Positions 1 through 13,377 of a stretch of DNA of 64,000 bases are shown piece after piece; the first letter of the stretch is position 1; each line of letters opens with the position of its first letter. A program made the translations under genes and the position numbers. The DNA comes from Squalus acanthias (taxonomy: Eukaryota): positions 26,724,001-26,788,000 of the forward strand of contig CM059432.1 of the NCBI GenBank assembly GCA_030390025.1. The letters are read 5' to 3'. Under the pieces are notes generated by a model. The model worked only from the letters and a program-made list of their open reading frames with translations, ran no database searches and was not told where the DNA came from.

Positions 1-472
1 TCCAACAACACTCAAGAAGCTCAACACCATCCAGGACAAAGCAGCCCGCTTGATTGGCACCCCATCCACCACCTTAAACATTCACTCCCTCACCACTGGC
101 GCATCGTGGCTGCTGTGTGTATCATCTACAAGATGCACTGCAGCTACTCGCCAAGGCTTCTTCGGCAGCACCTCCCAAACCCACGACCTCTACCACAAGG
201 GCAGCAGTCTCATGGGAACACCACCACCTCCAAGTTCCCCTCCAAGTCACACACCATCCTGACTTGGACATATATCGCCGTTCCTTCATTGTCGCTGGGT
301 CAAAATCCTGGAACTCCCTCCCTAACAGCACTGTGGGAGTACCATCACCACATGGACTGCAGCGGTTCAAGAAGGCGGCTCACCATCACCTTCTCAAGGG
401 CAACTAGGGATGGGCAATAAATGCTGGCCTTGCCAGCGACGCCCACATCCCATGAAGAATAAAAAATAAAAA
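1..472 (+). mobile_element. 3' end of CR1-group non-LTR retrotransposon (family B)
   Basis: Encodes a C-terminal LINE ORF2-like peptide (…KSWNSLPNSTVG…LQRFKKAAHHHLLKGN), followed by a short 3'UTR with AATAAA and an A-rich tail at ~457-472. Confidence 0.8.
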
Positions 473-502
473 AGGATCAGGGTGGGGGGAACTTCAGCAT
501 CA

Positions 503-945
503 GAAAGGGCTCCCAGATTTACTGGTACTTCACTGGATGACCTTCTAGTAGAAATAAGGTCCAGAATATCAGGTCTCCTGGGGACACAGAGTAGGAAACT
601 GCCACATAGTGCAGGAAGGTTACATAGCTTCACATGATTGGCCAAGGTAAGAGATAGCACTGTTCCACTAGCACCTACTTTAAAAATGATAGAAGCATGA
701 ATTACCTCCTTGCCTCTCATCGGGAACAAAGGGACATAGAAATTGCTAGATGAAAAAAATGACCATGGTCCATGCCACATTGGGTTTTTCTCTTGAAGGT
801 GAGATATTTAAATAGAGCCTGCACGTGTCATAACAATGGTGTGTATGTAAACATATGGGTGATAAGAAGTATCGCTTAACTCTGTATTCTCATGACAAAG
901 GAAAAGGTAGTGCACAGCCAGTGCAACAGGAGGACAAACACCAAT
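503..945 (+). pseudogene. Degenerate Harbinger Myb/SANT-like gene (exon 1 and exon 2 remnants)
   Basis: Translation from 503, ERAPRFTGTSLDDLLVEIRSR, resembles ERAHRFTERALDALVGAVERR of the gene at 24212. AG at 899-900 is followed by EKVVHSQ…TGG, like exon 2 AKLAHNRR…TGGG. Contains stops and frameshifts. Confidence 0.6.
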
Positions 946-1445
946 CTTGAAAACTTTGGAGTAAAAATTTGCCTGTGCCTATTTTTGGGACCAGACCAGC
1001 GCTGCACACCAGAGCACACCCACACCAAGAAGCCCGAGGATCAATAGAAATTGGACGCGAAACGTCAATTTAGGGCCACCAACTCAGCGACAGCGGTCCT
1101 CAGGTAATTCCTGGGAGGTGGGTTGGACTGGGCAATCGTGACACCTGTGGAGTCGGGGAAGAACTCTTTGTGGCTCCATAATAAGTGATTTATTTTAAAA
1201 CAAAAAACATTGCCGAAGGTGTGCTGAATAATCCTGAGCGGGGCAGGCCCGACGCTCATCACTGAGTAATTTTGAAAAGGGGTCCCTCCCAAAATGAGTC
1301 CTTGGAGGCTTCTCAGCCACCTACCTCTCAACCTCACTTTAGTCAGGGAGCACCTCGTAGAAGTAGTAGGTTAGGAGCAAGAGCAAGTAAGGTAGTGTAA
1401 GACGTGTGGGATTACCCCTCGCCCCGTCCAACTGGTTATAGAGTT

Positions 1446-2524
1446 CGGACTTGAGACTGGTTGGCGGACAGAAAGCAGAGAGTAGGAATTAATGGGTCTT
1501 TTTCCAAGTGGCAGGCAGTGACTAGTGGGGTACCGTAGGGATCGGTCCTTGGACCCCAGCTATTCACAATATACATTAATGATCTAGATAAGGGAACTAA
1601 ATGTAATATCTCCAAGTTTGCAGATGACACAAAGCTGGGTGGGCGTGTGTGCTGCGAGGAGGATACCGAGAAACTCCAGGATGATTTGGACAGGTTGGGT
1701 GAGTGGGCAGAAGCGTGGCAGATGCAATATAATGTGGATAAATGCGAGGTTATCCACTTTGGTGTCAAAAACAGAAAGGCAGACTATTATCTGAATGGCA
1801 ATAGAATGGGAGAAGGGGAAGTGCAACGATACCTGGGTGTCCTTGTGCACCAGTCGCTGAAGGTAAGCATGCAGGTGCAGCAGGCGGTGAAGAAGGCAAA
1901 TGGTATGTTGGCCTTCATAGCGAAAGGGTTTGAGTATAGGAACAGGGATGTCCTGCTGCAGTTGTACAGGGCCTTGGTGAGACCACACCTTGAGTACTGT
2001 GTGCAGTTTTGGTCGCCTTATCTGAGGAAGGATGTTCTTGCCATGGAAGGAGTTCAGCGAAGATTCACAAGGCTGATACCTGGGATGGCAGGAATGACAT
2101 ATGAGGAGAGATTGGGTCGATTGGGCTTATACTCGCTGGAGTATAGAAGAATGAGAGGGGATCTCATCGAAACATATAAAATTCTGACAGGTCTGGACAA
2201 ACTAGATGCAGGAAGAATGTTCCCGATGGTCGGAGAGTCCAGAACCAGGGGTCATAATCTAAGGATAAGGGGTAAGCCATTTAGGACAGAAATGAGGAAG
2301 AATTTCTTCACCCAGAGAGTGGTGAACCTGTGGAATTCTCTACCACAGAAGGTAGTTGAGGCAAAGATATATTTCTTAAAGCTAAAGGTATCAAGGGATA
2401 TGCGGAGAAGGCAGGTACAGGGTACTGAGTTTGGATGATCAGCCATGATCTCATCGAATGGTGGAGCAGGCTCGAGGGGCCAAATGGCCTACTCCTGCTC
2501 CTATCTTCTATGTTTCTATGTTTA
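1446..2524 (+). mobile_element. 5'-truncated CR1 LINE (RT C-terminal half and 3'UTR)
   Basis: SGVP*GSVLGP, KFADDTK and LVRPHLEYCVQFWSP motifs (ORF 1647-2438); canonical 3'UTR and (TTCTATGT)-type tail; small deletion near 2368. Confidence 0.95.
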
Positions 2525-3084
2525 TGAGAAATTACACCAGACACACGGGTTCTGCCTTTAACCTTTTATTGTTCCGAAGACAGATTCAAAACCCCAACCA
2601 CTATTCGAGCAGTTCACCAATAATATTACAGGAAATCATACATACAACCACCCGCCGATGATCGGTCCAGCGTTGATTGTAGGTCCTCATAAGCGAAAAG
2701 ACTGGCCAGGCCCCTCCTTCCTCCGACTGCAGCCCAATCCTCGTAGGCGAGATGAGTGGCCAAGCCACCTTCTTCTGACTGCAGTGCTGATATTCTTTAG
2801 CCACTGTGCTTTATACAGCTTTCCTTGCATTTTGCATTAAATCATTCATTCAGAGATAGTGAAATGTTCCTTTAATGTTGGTCTGAGCTGTTCAAGCTGT
2901 CAAACATTTATATTAACTCATCCTGTGTGGCTTATCCTTTTCACAGCCCAAAATTGTTCATTCACTCCTAAAGTTTACAAAAGTGGCAGAAAACACTTGA
3001 TTAAGTTCATGAGTTACGTCGTATTCTGCATTTCAAAACTTCAAAGGTTTGACTTCTCACCTCAGAATGGTCACTGGAGACACC

Positions 3085-3425
3085 GGGCAGAATTTTGATA
3101 CTGGGGCGGGCTGGGGTCGTGTCATCCACTTTTCGTGTTATCCACCCGACTGCAATTGGATGTGGGAGATTGATGCGATTTTCACCTAATTGGGCATTTG
3201 AGTTCCAGCATGTGGGAACCCATGATCCAATTAGTGTTTTCAGTCTGAAAAGTGCCTCTGATGATGTCATCATTGCTGCTGCATTGAAGGTCTGCAAAGA
3301 CTACCTGGCCTTTGCTGTGAGATGACCTGGAAGCAAAATGAGCAGCAGCAGCCTAAGTCTGGTCCCAGATATTTGTGTACAACCACCACCACTCCCAGAT
3401 ATATTATTTCCTCCTCCTCCTCCTC

Positions 3426-3501
<76 letters not shown>

Positions 3502-3851
3502 ATCATCTCCGTTGTAATAGTGGACCTGCAGCTGATAGTCAGCTATCGAAATGTGCTTCCACCAGGTTTCACATTCGTGGTTCAGAACAGGCGTGCTTCA
3601 CGTAGAAAAAGGGTTAAAATCACAAAGGCCTTTCAAAATGGCATTATAGAGGCAATTTAGTGCTTGTTAAGGCCTTAACAGCCTATCCCGCCTCTTAGAG
3701 GCGGGACGGAGTCGGGACCAGCAGACACGATTTAATGAAAATTGCGTGGAGGCGTGATGGAGGCGGGCCTGTGCCCACCCGCCAGTTTTCGCAATTTTAA
3801 CCCCCCACACGCCTCCAAACCCACCTCCATGGGTCAATTAAAATTCTGCCC
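3085..3851. mobile_element. Non-autonomous Harbinger-type MITE
   Basis: Perfect 12-bp terminal inverted repeats GGGCAGAATTTT (3085) and AAAATTCTGCCC (ends 3851); GC-rich subterminal regions; no coding capacity. Confidence 0.7.
3409..3501. repeat. (TCC)6(TAC)25 microsatellite
   Basis: Read directly from the sequence; it explains the poly-Tyr and poly-Leu ORFs. Confidence 0.97.
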
Positions 3852-4439
3852 CATGTCTACAATCTAAGGGGGTTTGTTTATCTCTGTTGACTATCACTAC
3901 CCCCTGCAGTCACAACAGTGTCTCCTGCCTTATCAGTGAAAGACTGCTTGATACATTTACCAACTTTATTTCGCTTTGAAAAACCTTTTTGCCTGGCAAA
4001 GCATTTCAAGAAATGTTAAAAATTAAGGGTCTGTATATACTTTCTACAGTAGTTGACATAAAGTGTAGAGCTGGTGGTGAGAAATAGTTACAGTTAAGAG
4101 TGTCGCAAATTATTGGATCCTTTTTTTGAATTTTGTTCTGGAAAGTTTGACCACATAGCCTTCAGTGTTCATTTCTATAGATCATTGCAACTTTGTGAAC
4201 TTGGTTGATTGCGTGAGAGTGTTACTTCTGTATTATGGCGGCATGGTGCAGAAACCTTTGGGAATGCAGGTCTTTGTGAGGCAGTTGTGTATAGTGGTAG
4301 TAACAGACGTTGGGGGGAGAATTTTATTCGATTTCTCAACTTTAGTTTAGTGAACACATTAGCTACAAATTTCTGTTCCTTTACCTGTCTGTAGGCTGAT
4401 GACTCTCTTGCTCCCAACTCTTTTCGCTCCTGTCCACCA

Positions 4440-5330
4440 TCCACCTAATGTGGCGATGGAGGGCCCTCTCTCTTTTCTTCATCATCCAATTCAGCTTCAA
4501 AAGGTGATATTATGCAGATACAGCAACTAACAATGATTCTGGAGATTCTTGCACTGCAGGGCTCCTTCAGATTTATCCAGGCATTTAAACTAAGACTTCA
4601 AAAAGCCAATGGTCTGCTCTATTAAAATCATTGTAGTCCCATGGGCCTCATTATATTTGCTTCTTCTTGTGTCTGTGGATGGGTAACTGGAGTCATAAGC
4701 CATGACTGCAGGAGATATCCTTGACTGCCAATCAACCATCCTGATACATGGTTCTGAGTCATGACAGCTTCCTGGTTTGTATGTATTAACATGAATAATG
4801 TGATCACACTAATTAGGCATCACACACTAGCTGAATGGTTGATGAAAAAAAGCCTTAGCTATTAATGACATTTAGGGGGTTGTCATGTGGGTTTTTAATG
4901 CCACATGTTATCCATCAATTGCTCCTTGACCCTGTGGGAATGTTGACAGTCTATAGAATTTGACTGCTCATTCTCTTTGTTTCACATGCCCCATGGAGAA
5001 GGTAATAAACCGTGAGATCCACCTAAATAGTATACCAGTGACCTTCTTTATATAGCGGTGAGCTGCTACTTGACTGATGTGACAAAGGTCCAGTGGCAAA
5101 AAAAATTGAAGGCCGTGGTCGCGTTCCCAGCTGCAGCCAATGCTGTTCTCTGGGTAGAAGTGGGCTGCAAGTCTTCAGCCAGCAGTTGGCATAACTCCAC
5201 AATGCCTCTGGGTAGGGAGGAGGGGGGAGTAAGTACAGCCTTCTGGGGCACTGACAGGCAGTGAAATCTAAGCAAGACCTTCTAGGTTTGTAACCCCTGT
5301 GGACTGGGTAGCGACATGTAGGAAACATGC
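4440..5330 (-). pseudogene. Degenerate PIF/Harbinger (HARBI1-like DDE) transposase
   Basis: Minus-strand peptides IVELCQLLAEDLQP…AFNFF, FPQGQGAIDG*HVALK, IQLVCD, PGSCHD, GWLIGSQGY, WLMTP and IEQTIGFLK are colinear with the intact transposase at 26385-27545; multiple stops and frameshifts. Confidence 0.85.
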
Positions 5331-5869
5331 TTTGTAATGTCTCACTCTAACAACCTGCAATCTTCTATAGCCTCATCATCCTCTTCTTCGTAACAAAGGA
5401 ATACTGTGATTCCAATAGGGAATCTATTTCCCCAGTCCAGAAATCTATTTCTCACAGGTACTCACAAAACCTGTCAGTTGAAGTCCTCAGAGAAGTCCCA
5501 GAGCAACAACCAACCAAAACAATGCTGTGCAGGCAAAGTTTCCACAAGCTTCAATCGAGAAATCCAAAATGGCCTCCCAATTCGGTCCCCATCTCACCAC
5601 TGTGCTGCTAATACCACCACTTATATAGTGGAAAGATTCCCAGAGGTCGGGTTGGGGTAGTAATTGGGGGTAATTGCACAGATACCGAGTCCATGCCCGC
5701 TTACCCACATTTACATGCAGCTCTGGATTGGCAGTTCTGCAGAATGGTAAATTTTAAAGAGAATAATTTTGGTGCAACTTTTTCGGGGCAGCATTGTGGT
5801 GGTAGGCCATACCACCCCATTTACTGGTTTTAGTGTCCCAAAAACACCCGAAAATGGCAAATAGCTTAT

Positions 5870-6200
5870 CTACTTACATAAAGTCCTCTCTCAGTTAACT
5901 TCTTTTAAGGCTGAAGGTCCCAAATTTCTCCAGTCTTTCCTCATACTTTGGTTCCCTAACACTGAAGATCAGTTTTGCGGCTCTTCTCTGCACCACCTCT
6001 AAGGCTCATGTGTTTCTTTTGTGTCTCAGTAAGCAAAATGGAACCTAATAGTAAAAGTCAGGTCTCACAATCACTGCACGGTTTTAATAGGGCATCCTCT
6101 GACTTATACTGCACTGATTTAGTAATATAATAATTGTTAATTGCTGCCCCACAATGCCTAGACAGTGCTCAGTCTATTAACTGTAGATCTCCACTTCACA
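5870..6200 (-). mobile_element. Old, decayed CR1 RT fragment
   Basis: Reverse complement gives degraded VRP..Y.V.F and LEVVQRRA-like CR1 motifs. Confidence 0.5.
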
Positions 6201-6239
6201 CTTAGCTAGTTGAACATCGTTCATAAAGTCTGCTCCTCT

Positions 6240-6938
6240 GTGAAGCACCTTGGGATATGACTCCAGCACTACAACCCACCCCCCCCCCCCACCACCCCCC
6301 ATTCTACATTCCTGACTCCAACCTCTTGTGCATCCTCCTCCCTACTCCCTTTGCCCCATCATTGCAACCTGTGATTCCAGTCATCTAGGCCAACTCCCTC
6401 CTCTCCTTAATGACCCTCTTTAAAATTCACTTCTTTGGCCTAATCCTTGTTTGCAAATCCCTCCATGGCCTCACCCCTCCCTATCTCTGTAAATACATCC
6501 CGCCCTACAACCCTCCGAGATCTCTGCCCTCTTCTAATACTGACCTCTTGCGCATCCCCAATTTTTATTGCTCCACCATTAGCAGCCATGCCTTCAGCTG
6601 CCGAGGCCCTAAGCTCTGGAATTCCCTCCCTAAACATCTCTGCCTCTCTACTCTCTCTCCTCCTTTTAGACGCTCCTTAAAACCTACCTCAATGGCCAAG
6701 CTTTTAGTCACCTGTCCTAATATCTCCTTAACGTGGCTGGTGTCAAATTTTGTTTGATAACGCTCCTGTGAAGCGCCATGGGACGTTTTGCTATGTTAAA
6801 GGCGCTATATAAATTCAGGTTGTTGTTGTACTATCTCCTTCTTGGGCTCAGTGTCCATTTTCTTCTTCATACTTCCGTGAAGTGCCTTGGAATGGTTTTG
6901 TAGATTGAAGTGGCAATATAAATACAAGTTGTTGTTAC
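6240..6938 (+). mobile_element. Nested L2-type LINE 3' ends
   Basis: ORF 6410-6757 (SLHGLTPPYL…AFSCRGPKLWNSLP) is a typical L2 ORF2 C-terminus. Tails of the form GTGAAGCGCC..GGGACG…ATATAAAT…GTTGTTGTT occur at ~6768-6829 and ~6877-6937, with a partial one at ~6240. Confidence 0.75.
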
Positions 6939-7018
6939 ATGTCTCCCAATTTCTTTATTACAATGTGCAGTCATTTACACTTATTTGCATTATTTACCCC
7001 AAACTCGTTCCATACTGT

Positions 7019-8607
7019 GGGGCAGAATTTGCGATCGGTATGACGGCGCACGCTCAGAGTACGCTGTCATACCACCTTTGAAATGGATAGCTTGCGCATA
7101 TGCTGAATCCCAAACTTGCGATCTCTCAATTTCCGACGTGACTGATCACCCACTCCGAAACTGAAATGCTAATTGCTGACGCAGAGTTAGGCTAATTGCC
7201 CTGCAATTACGTATGAAAATTTTACAGCTGGTGCAGACAGGTGCAGCGCCTGTTTGCACAGTGTAAGGGGATAGATACCTCCTGACAAATGCAAGTATAT
7301 ATTCTACAAGCCAGTCTTTCAAACTGGCATCAACTACCATCAGATGTTCTGAGTGAGGCTGCTATCTTTGAGATTCTGAGGCCAGAAATGGAAGTATTTA
7401 CATATGATCCACAGGCTTATTACAGTTATATTTATTGTCCATGAAGAGTAAAGAACTGTCATCCAATATGTTTTTGAAGAAAGTATTATTCTCAGGTTCC
7501 TAAAATGTTTTTCTGGGAGGAAAAAAATTAAAATGTAGATGACATACAAAATAACAATGCATTCTGCACTCATGCAAACCACAAATCACAAATTTGAGTA
7601 TATTTTTGAAGTACTGAAGTTTAAATGGTGAATAGCCCTACGATCTCTAACAGTATTAATGAGAGACTGTGGGCTAGAATTTGCGTAGCGGCCCGCGCGA
7701 ACTTTTGAAAAGTAGAAAAAGTAGCGCCAGGCGCTAATGATTCTCTACTGCCGGGAAATTCAGCTTTAGCGCTCCAAGAGGGAAGTGGCGCGCTAAATCA
7801 AGCACTAACCACTTCTCTTATGACACTAAAGTCCGAGAGCGGGGTGGTAGCGGCAGAGCGCTGAACAATTTAGAGTGCATTGCTAACGGCATCAGAGGTT
7901 GCTTTCCTCGTTTAAAGGGAAGGGTCAATGATGGTGCACAACCTCTTTGTCGGCAGTTCTGCGTTGCAAGGTGACCTGCGTGACTGTCATTACAGCCCCA
8001 AACTCTCTCACAAAGTGGAGGGCTTGGACATCTTGCAGCAATGAAACATCAAAAACTTTGAGCAGGCACCAGGCTGGTGCAAATAATAAAGGTTGGCCTA
8101 CCTGAAAACCATTCCCTTTAATTAGCGCTCTCCAAGCGGCCAGCCAAATTGACAACGCCTCCTCTTCCTGCCATTGTTCAGGGGGCGGGAAGCAATTTCA
8201 CATCCGGGGCGATAACGGGGCGCTGCACACTTTATGACGTCACGCTCTGTGAGGCGCTAGAGGCCCAGGCGGTAAGAGTTACCGGCACTGAAGTTCACGG
8301 GCGTCGCTGCATTCGCCGCGCCTGGTCGCTAACCCCTTAACGCCCCGTTAGCACCCCCCACCCCAGGTGCTAACGGGAGGCGCTAACCAACCGAATTTCT
8401 CCCCCCTTCTGTTTGCTGATTGGAGCACCAGCCCATGTGATTCCCAGGTACGCTTACGCTGAGATCCGTGAGCCACTACGCTGCCCTCTACTCCACAGGG
8501 TCTGACAGCAACTTCTCAGAGTTGAGTTCCGAGCAGGTAAGTGCGCATTCGGTTTGGATGCTGGAGGCGTAATCCTTAGTTACGCTGCCGACCGCAAAAT
8601 CTGGGCC
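7019..8607. mobile_element. Harbinger-type MITE (outer)
   Basis: Imperfect TIRs GGGGCAGAATTTGCGATCGG and CCGACCGCAAAATCTGGGCC (16/20 complementary). Confidence 0.55.
7671..8404. mobile_element. Harbinger-family MITE nested in the outer MITE
   Basis: Right end GCTAACGGGAGGCGCTAACCAACCGAATTTCTCCCC matches the right end of the autonomous element (28026-28061); TAGCGCC/GGCGCTA motifs. Confidence 0.75.
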
Positions 8608-8611
8608 ATAG

Positions 8612-10526
8612 GTCAATGAGAAGCAGTAGACAAGCAATGGCTAACATTTAAAGAATCAATACATAATTTACAACAAATGTACATTCCTTTAAGGCACAAA
8701 AACCCCACAGGAAAAGTGGTCCAACCGTGGCTAACAAGAGAAGTTAAAGATAGTATTGGATCAAAGGAAGAGGCTTATAATGTTGCCAAAAAGAGTAGTA
8801 AGCCTGAGGATTGGGAGGATTTTAGAATTCAGCAAAGGAGGACCAAGAAATTGATAAAGAAAGGGAAAATAGATTATGAGAGTAAACTAGCGAGAGACGT
8901 AAAAACAGACTGTAAAAGCTTCTATAGGAATGTAAAAAAGAAAAGATTAGTGAAAGTAAATGAGGGTCCCTTACAGGCTGAGACAGGAGAACTTATAATG
9001 GGGAATAAGGAAATGGCTGAGAAATTATACAAATACTTTGTCTGTCTTCACGGAAGAAGAGGCAAAAAACGTCCCGGAAATAGTGGAGAACCAAGGCTCC
9101 AGAGAGAATGAGGACCTGAAAAAATTAGTATTGGTAAAAAAATAGTACTGGAGAAATTAATGGGACTGAAAGCTGATAAATCCCATGGACCTGATGGCCT
9201 ATATCCTAGGGTTTTGAAAGAGGTGGCTATAGAGATAGTGGATGCATTGGTTGACATTTTCCAACATTCCATAGACTCTAGAACGGTTCCCGCAGATTGG
9301 AAGGTAGCAAATGTAACCCCACTATTTAAGAAAGGAGGGAAAGAGAAAATGGGGAACTACAGACCAGTTAGCCTGACATCAGTAGTAGGGAAAATGCTAG
9401 AATCTATTATTAAGGATGTGGTAACAGGGCACTTAGAAAATAATAATAGGATTGGGCATGGTCAACACGGATTTATGAAAGGGAAATCATGTAACTAGTG
9501 GGGTACCGCAAGGATCAGTGCTTGGGCCTCAGCTATTCATAATCTACATCAATGATTTGGATGAGGTGACCAAATGTAATATATCCAAGTTTGCTGGTGA
9601 TACAAAGCTGGGTAGGAATGTAAGTTGTGAAGAGGATGCAAGGAGGATTCAAGGGGATATAGACAGGCTAAGTGAGTGGGCAAGAACATGGCAAATGGAA
9701 TATAATGTAGAGAAATGTGAAGTTATCCACTTTGGTAGGGAAAATAGAAAAGCAGAGTATTTTTTAAATGGTGAGAGATTGGGAAATGTTGGTGTTCAGA
9801 GGGACATGGGTGCCCTTGTACATGAATCACTGAAAGTTAACATGCAGGTACAGCAAGCAATTAGGAAAGCAAATAGTATGTTGGCCTCTATTACAAGAGG
9901 ATTTGAGTATAAGAGTAAAGATGTCTTACTGCAATTATATAGGGCCCTGGTGAGACCACACCTGGAGTATTTTGTACAGTTTTGGTCTCCTTACCGAAGG
10001 AAGGATATACTTGCCATAGAGGGAGTGCAACAAAGGTTCACCAGACTGGTTCCTGGGATGGAGGGATTGTCCTATGAGGAGAAATTGAGTAGACTAGGCC
10101 TATATTCTCTAGAGTTTAGAAGAATGAGAGGTGATCTCATTGAAACATACAAAATTCTTACAGGGCTTGACAGGGTAGATGCAGGGAGGATGTTTCCCCT
10201 GGCTGGGGAGTCTAGAACCAAGGGTCACAGTCTCAGAATAAGGGGTCAGCCATTTAGGACTGAGATGAGGAGAAATTTCTTCACTCAGAGGGTGATGAAT
10301 CTTTGGAATGCTCTACCCCAGAGGGCTGTGAAGGCTCAGCCGTTGAGTATACTCAAGACAGAGATCGATAGATTTTTGAATAATACGGGAAACTAGAGAT
10401 ATGGGGATAGTTCAGGAAAGTGGAGATGAGGTAGAAGGTCAGCCATTATCTCATTGAATGGCGGAGCAGGCTCGAAGGGCCAAATGGCCTATTCCTGCTC
10501 CTATTTTTTATTTTCTTATGTTCTTA
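8612..10526 (+). mobile_element. 5'-truncated CR1 LINE with internal deletion
   Basis: ORFs 8677-9111, 9160-9498 and 9518-10396 are CR1 ORF2 pieces. KGKSC is joined directly to TSGVPQG at ~9490. YADD-type motif is mutated (KFAGD). (TTCTTATG) tail. Confidence 0.95.
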
Positions 10527-11784
10527 AGAGATTTTCATTTCCTCAGTCTTAGTTAGATTTAAATCCAGCTCCCAAAGGTAAAAAGGAAATACATTTATCC
10601 ACAGTGTCACCCAGTCCTTGCTTGAAGCTTGACTCCTAAATTTAAAAATGTATGAGAAAGTTGTGTTCAGAATTTAAGCCCAATCAATGCTAATGTTCCA
10701 TGTTCATGAAATACAGGTATAGCACTGATAAACTGATAGAGAAACCTAGCTTGAGCAGCTACTGTCTTCCAACAAGTACAGTGCTGCCCAAATTAGATGA
10801 GAAGAGGGCAAGAGGATTCAATTGCCAGCTATTAGTGTCACAATTTTTCAAAAATACCTTGAGCTTTAGAATTCCTGATAAGTTTATAGAATGTACAGAG
10901 CTCAGTAACTTTATAAGGTGACTTTGCCTTTTCAAGTTAACGGTCAATGTTTATCAAATAAAAAAATGTTGGAGAAAATTTATTTTTCTCCCCTGTCGAG
11001 TAGAATTCTCTTCACTCGTGTGTGCACCAAGATAGGTGTTGAGCGCTGCACTGGGCCTCAGAAGAGAATGAATCTGAGCAATATGGTGAACACCAAAAGT
11101 AGCTTTTTAAAGGCTTTGGCTCTTGAGTGGTGATATTCTTATATATCAGGGTCTGCATGGTCCATCCCGTGAGTTACAGAGTTACTCAGAGGACTTCACC
11201 TCGGCATAATCTCCAATACACCCCCTTGCTTTTATTTAATAAGCTGTAATATTAAAAATCTTTTGTTTCTGTGTGAGGGTTAATTGTCCAACTTCCCAGG
11301 GAATGGTGAGGAACATCATTCGCTGGCACATATTAGATATGTAGGCACGTGCTGCACCTGACTTTCCAACAATTTAAAATTCCAACACATGCTACCAGCA
11401 GGTGAAACTACCCAAAGGAGCAAACGCAACATCCGTTCTGCAGTGCCCGGTTCAAATCAGGCCTGATTTTCTGAGGCTTGAAATCAAGAACTCATGCAGA
11501 TGTACAGCAGACGAAAGGCGGTGAATTTGACCCTCTCCACCTTTGGTGCCAGCCGTAGCTGCTTTGTACCATGTAATCTTCCATTGTATTGCCCTCGGTT
11601 TGGTGTCTCAGTCCCTGGGTCCAGCAAAGCTGGCTGCAGCCTATGCTCCAAGACTCGTGTGCTCCTCTCCTTCACATTCCTATCAGCACTACAGATCCAC
11701 TCCCACAATCCCCACCCAACACCACCTCACCTCACATTTTCCTTGCCCAGCATCTTCTGAGTACATCCTCATACAAAGACTGAC

Positions 11785-12050
11785 GGGCGATTTTAACCTG
11801 ACTCGCTCAGCAGAAACCTGGTGGGTGGGCAGTTAAAGTCGCCGTGGCTCTTACCTGTCCGAAAGCCAACATGATCACAACATCTGCAATTGTAACCTGC
11901 TCTCCTGAGCAGACAGCAAGGTGGCATGCCCAGGGGCAACAGGGTCCTTCTTTACTTATGCATGTTGCGGCCGAATGATATCATTGAGACCCGAATGTAA
12001 TTTTAACTCAGGCCTGAGCGGGAATCCACCTGGAGTTAAAATCGGGGCCC
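11785..12050. mobile_element. Short MITE-like element
   Basis: Inverted ends CGATTTTAAC and GTTAAAATCG flanked by G/C runs. Confidence 0.5.
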
Positions 12051-13377
12051 CTAGGGACTAAGATTACTAAGCTCCACGCAATGTTAGACTCTGCAGTGCT
12101 AAATGATAAGGGATGCACTTGCTTTCAGAAGATGGATATTAAATGCTTTTAATCAACTTCAAAAATGTGCCACCGATAACATGTCAGAAAGACTGTAGGA
12201 TTAGCATTGCACAATTGGAGATTCAAGTCAGAGTACTTTAAATTTATAGCCTTCAATATTGGCCAAGCAAACAGCCTACAAAGAAAGACACTAAAAGGTA
12301 GGAATTACTGTCGCTGATGTGATTATATGAATATCTAAGGCCTTGTACCATAATTATTCTTCTTGTTGTTTTAACAGGGGTGCAAATCCCATTTATAGTC
12401 ACCAGTTAGTGCCCCATTAAAAATGCAGAGAGAGGAGTTTCATCCAAGTGCATTAAGGATTCATAACATTGCCAACAGCATTTTCTACTCTTAAAAGGAA
12501 ATTAATGATAACTTGGCAAATTCTAAACCACACATTAGAATTCTGTAACATTAGCCAAAATAAAAAGGAAACAACAAAATAATGGTGACAGAAAAATCCT
12601 TAAAAAAGTAGAATGTAAATCTGTGCAAATGTGACGCCTAAAGTACCCTTTAGGGGCGATTCATGAAGCCAGCATCCCCAGCAGAAGTGGCACTCACAGG
12701 GACCGCATCTCGGGAAATCATGGGCACGCAAGCCATGATTTTTCATCCCTGGCAGTATTGGATCACAGAACCATCAGTCCACAGACAACAGCTCGGGAAA
12801 TTGTGTGAGGCCTAGAGAGAGAAAGAAGAGAGACAGCTAGAGTGAAAGCCAAACAGAAAGACATAGAGAAGCAAACAGCAAAAAAGTAGAAACAAGCAGA
12901 GAGACGGAAGAGAAAAGCAAGTATGTTTTCATTTTGTGTGTGAGAAATGTCATGGGATTTTGATTTATAAATTTTTTAGAAGGTATGTTATTTTCTAGTC
13001 ATTCCTCCCCTTTCTAGTCTCCTTGAGCACAGCCACCTACCACAGCCAGGGATTGGGTACGTGACCTGCTGCCAGGACTCCTATATTGATCTTGTGAGGC
13101 AGCTACTGGGAGGCATGCAATGGTGGTTCAGTCGTGAATTCCCATCTTTTTTTCATTGTATTTTGGAGGGAAGCAAAATGTCTGCCTTGTTTGCTAATAC
13201 AAATCACCACACCTTAAATAATTTGTTGCATGTGAAGAATTTTGAGATGTGCCTGACAGAAGTTATAAGGCGTTAAATAAATGCCAGTTTTTCATGAGTG
13301 TTTAAATAGTCCACAGATTGGTACGGTTGAGTATCTAAGTTGACCATTGACAGGTGTAGGTGAGTGTTTAAATAGAT

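Noticed and set aside
3322..3660. Poly-Tyr and poly-Leu ORFs
   Set aside because: Translation of the (TAC)n microsatellite inside a MITE
959..5862. Pairing of ATTTGCC…TTTTTGGGAC (968) with its inverse near 5835-5862 as the TIRs of one element
   Set aside because: The match is gapped and short, and this boundary would exclude the Myb remnant at 503-945; ends unresolved
10530..13370. Possible host exons in the less repetitive interval
   Set aside because: No convincing splice-bounded coding segment or protein motif; contains MITE- and SINE-like debris, although a small exon cannot be excluded by eye
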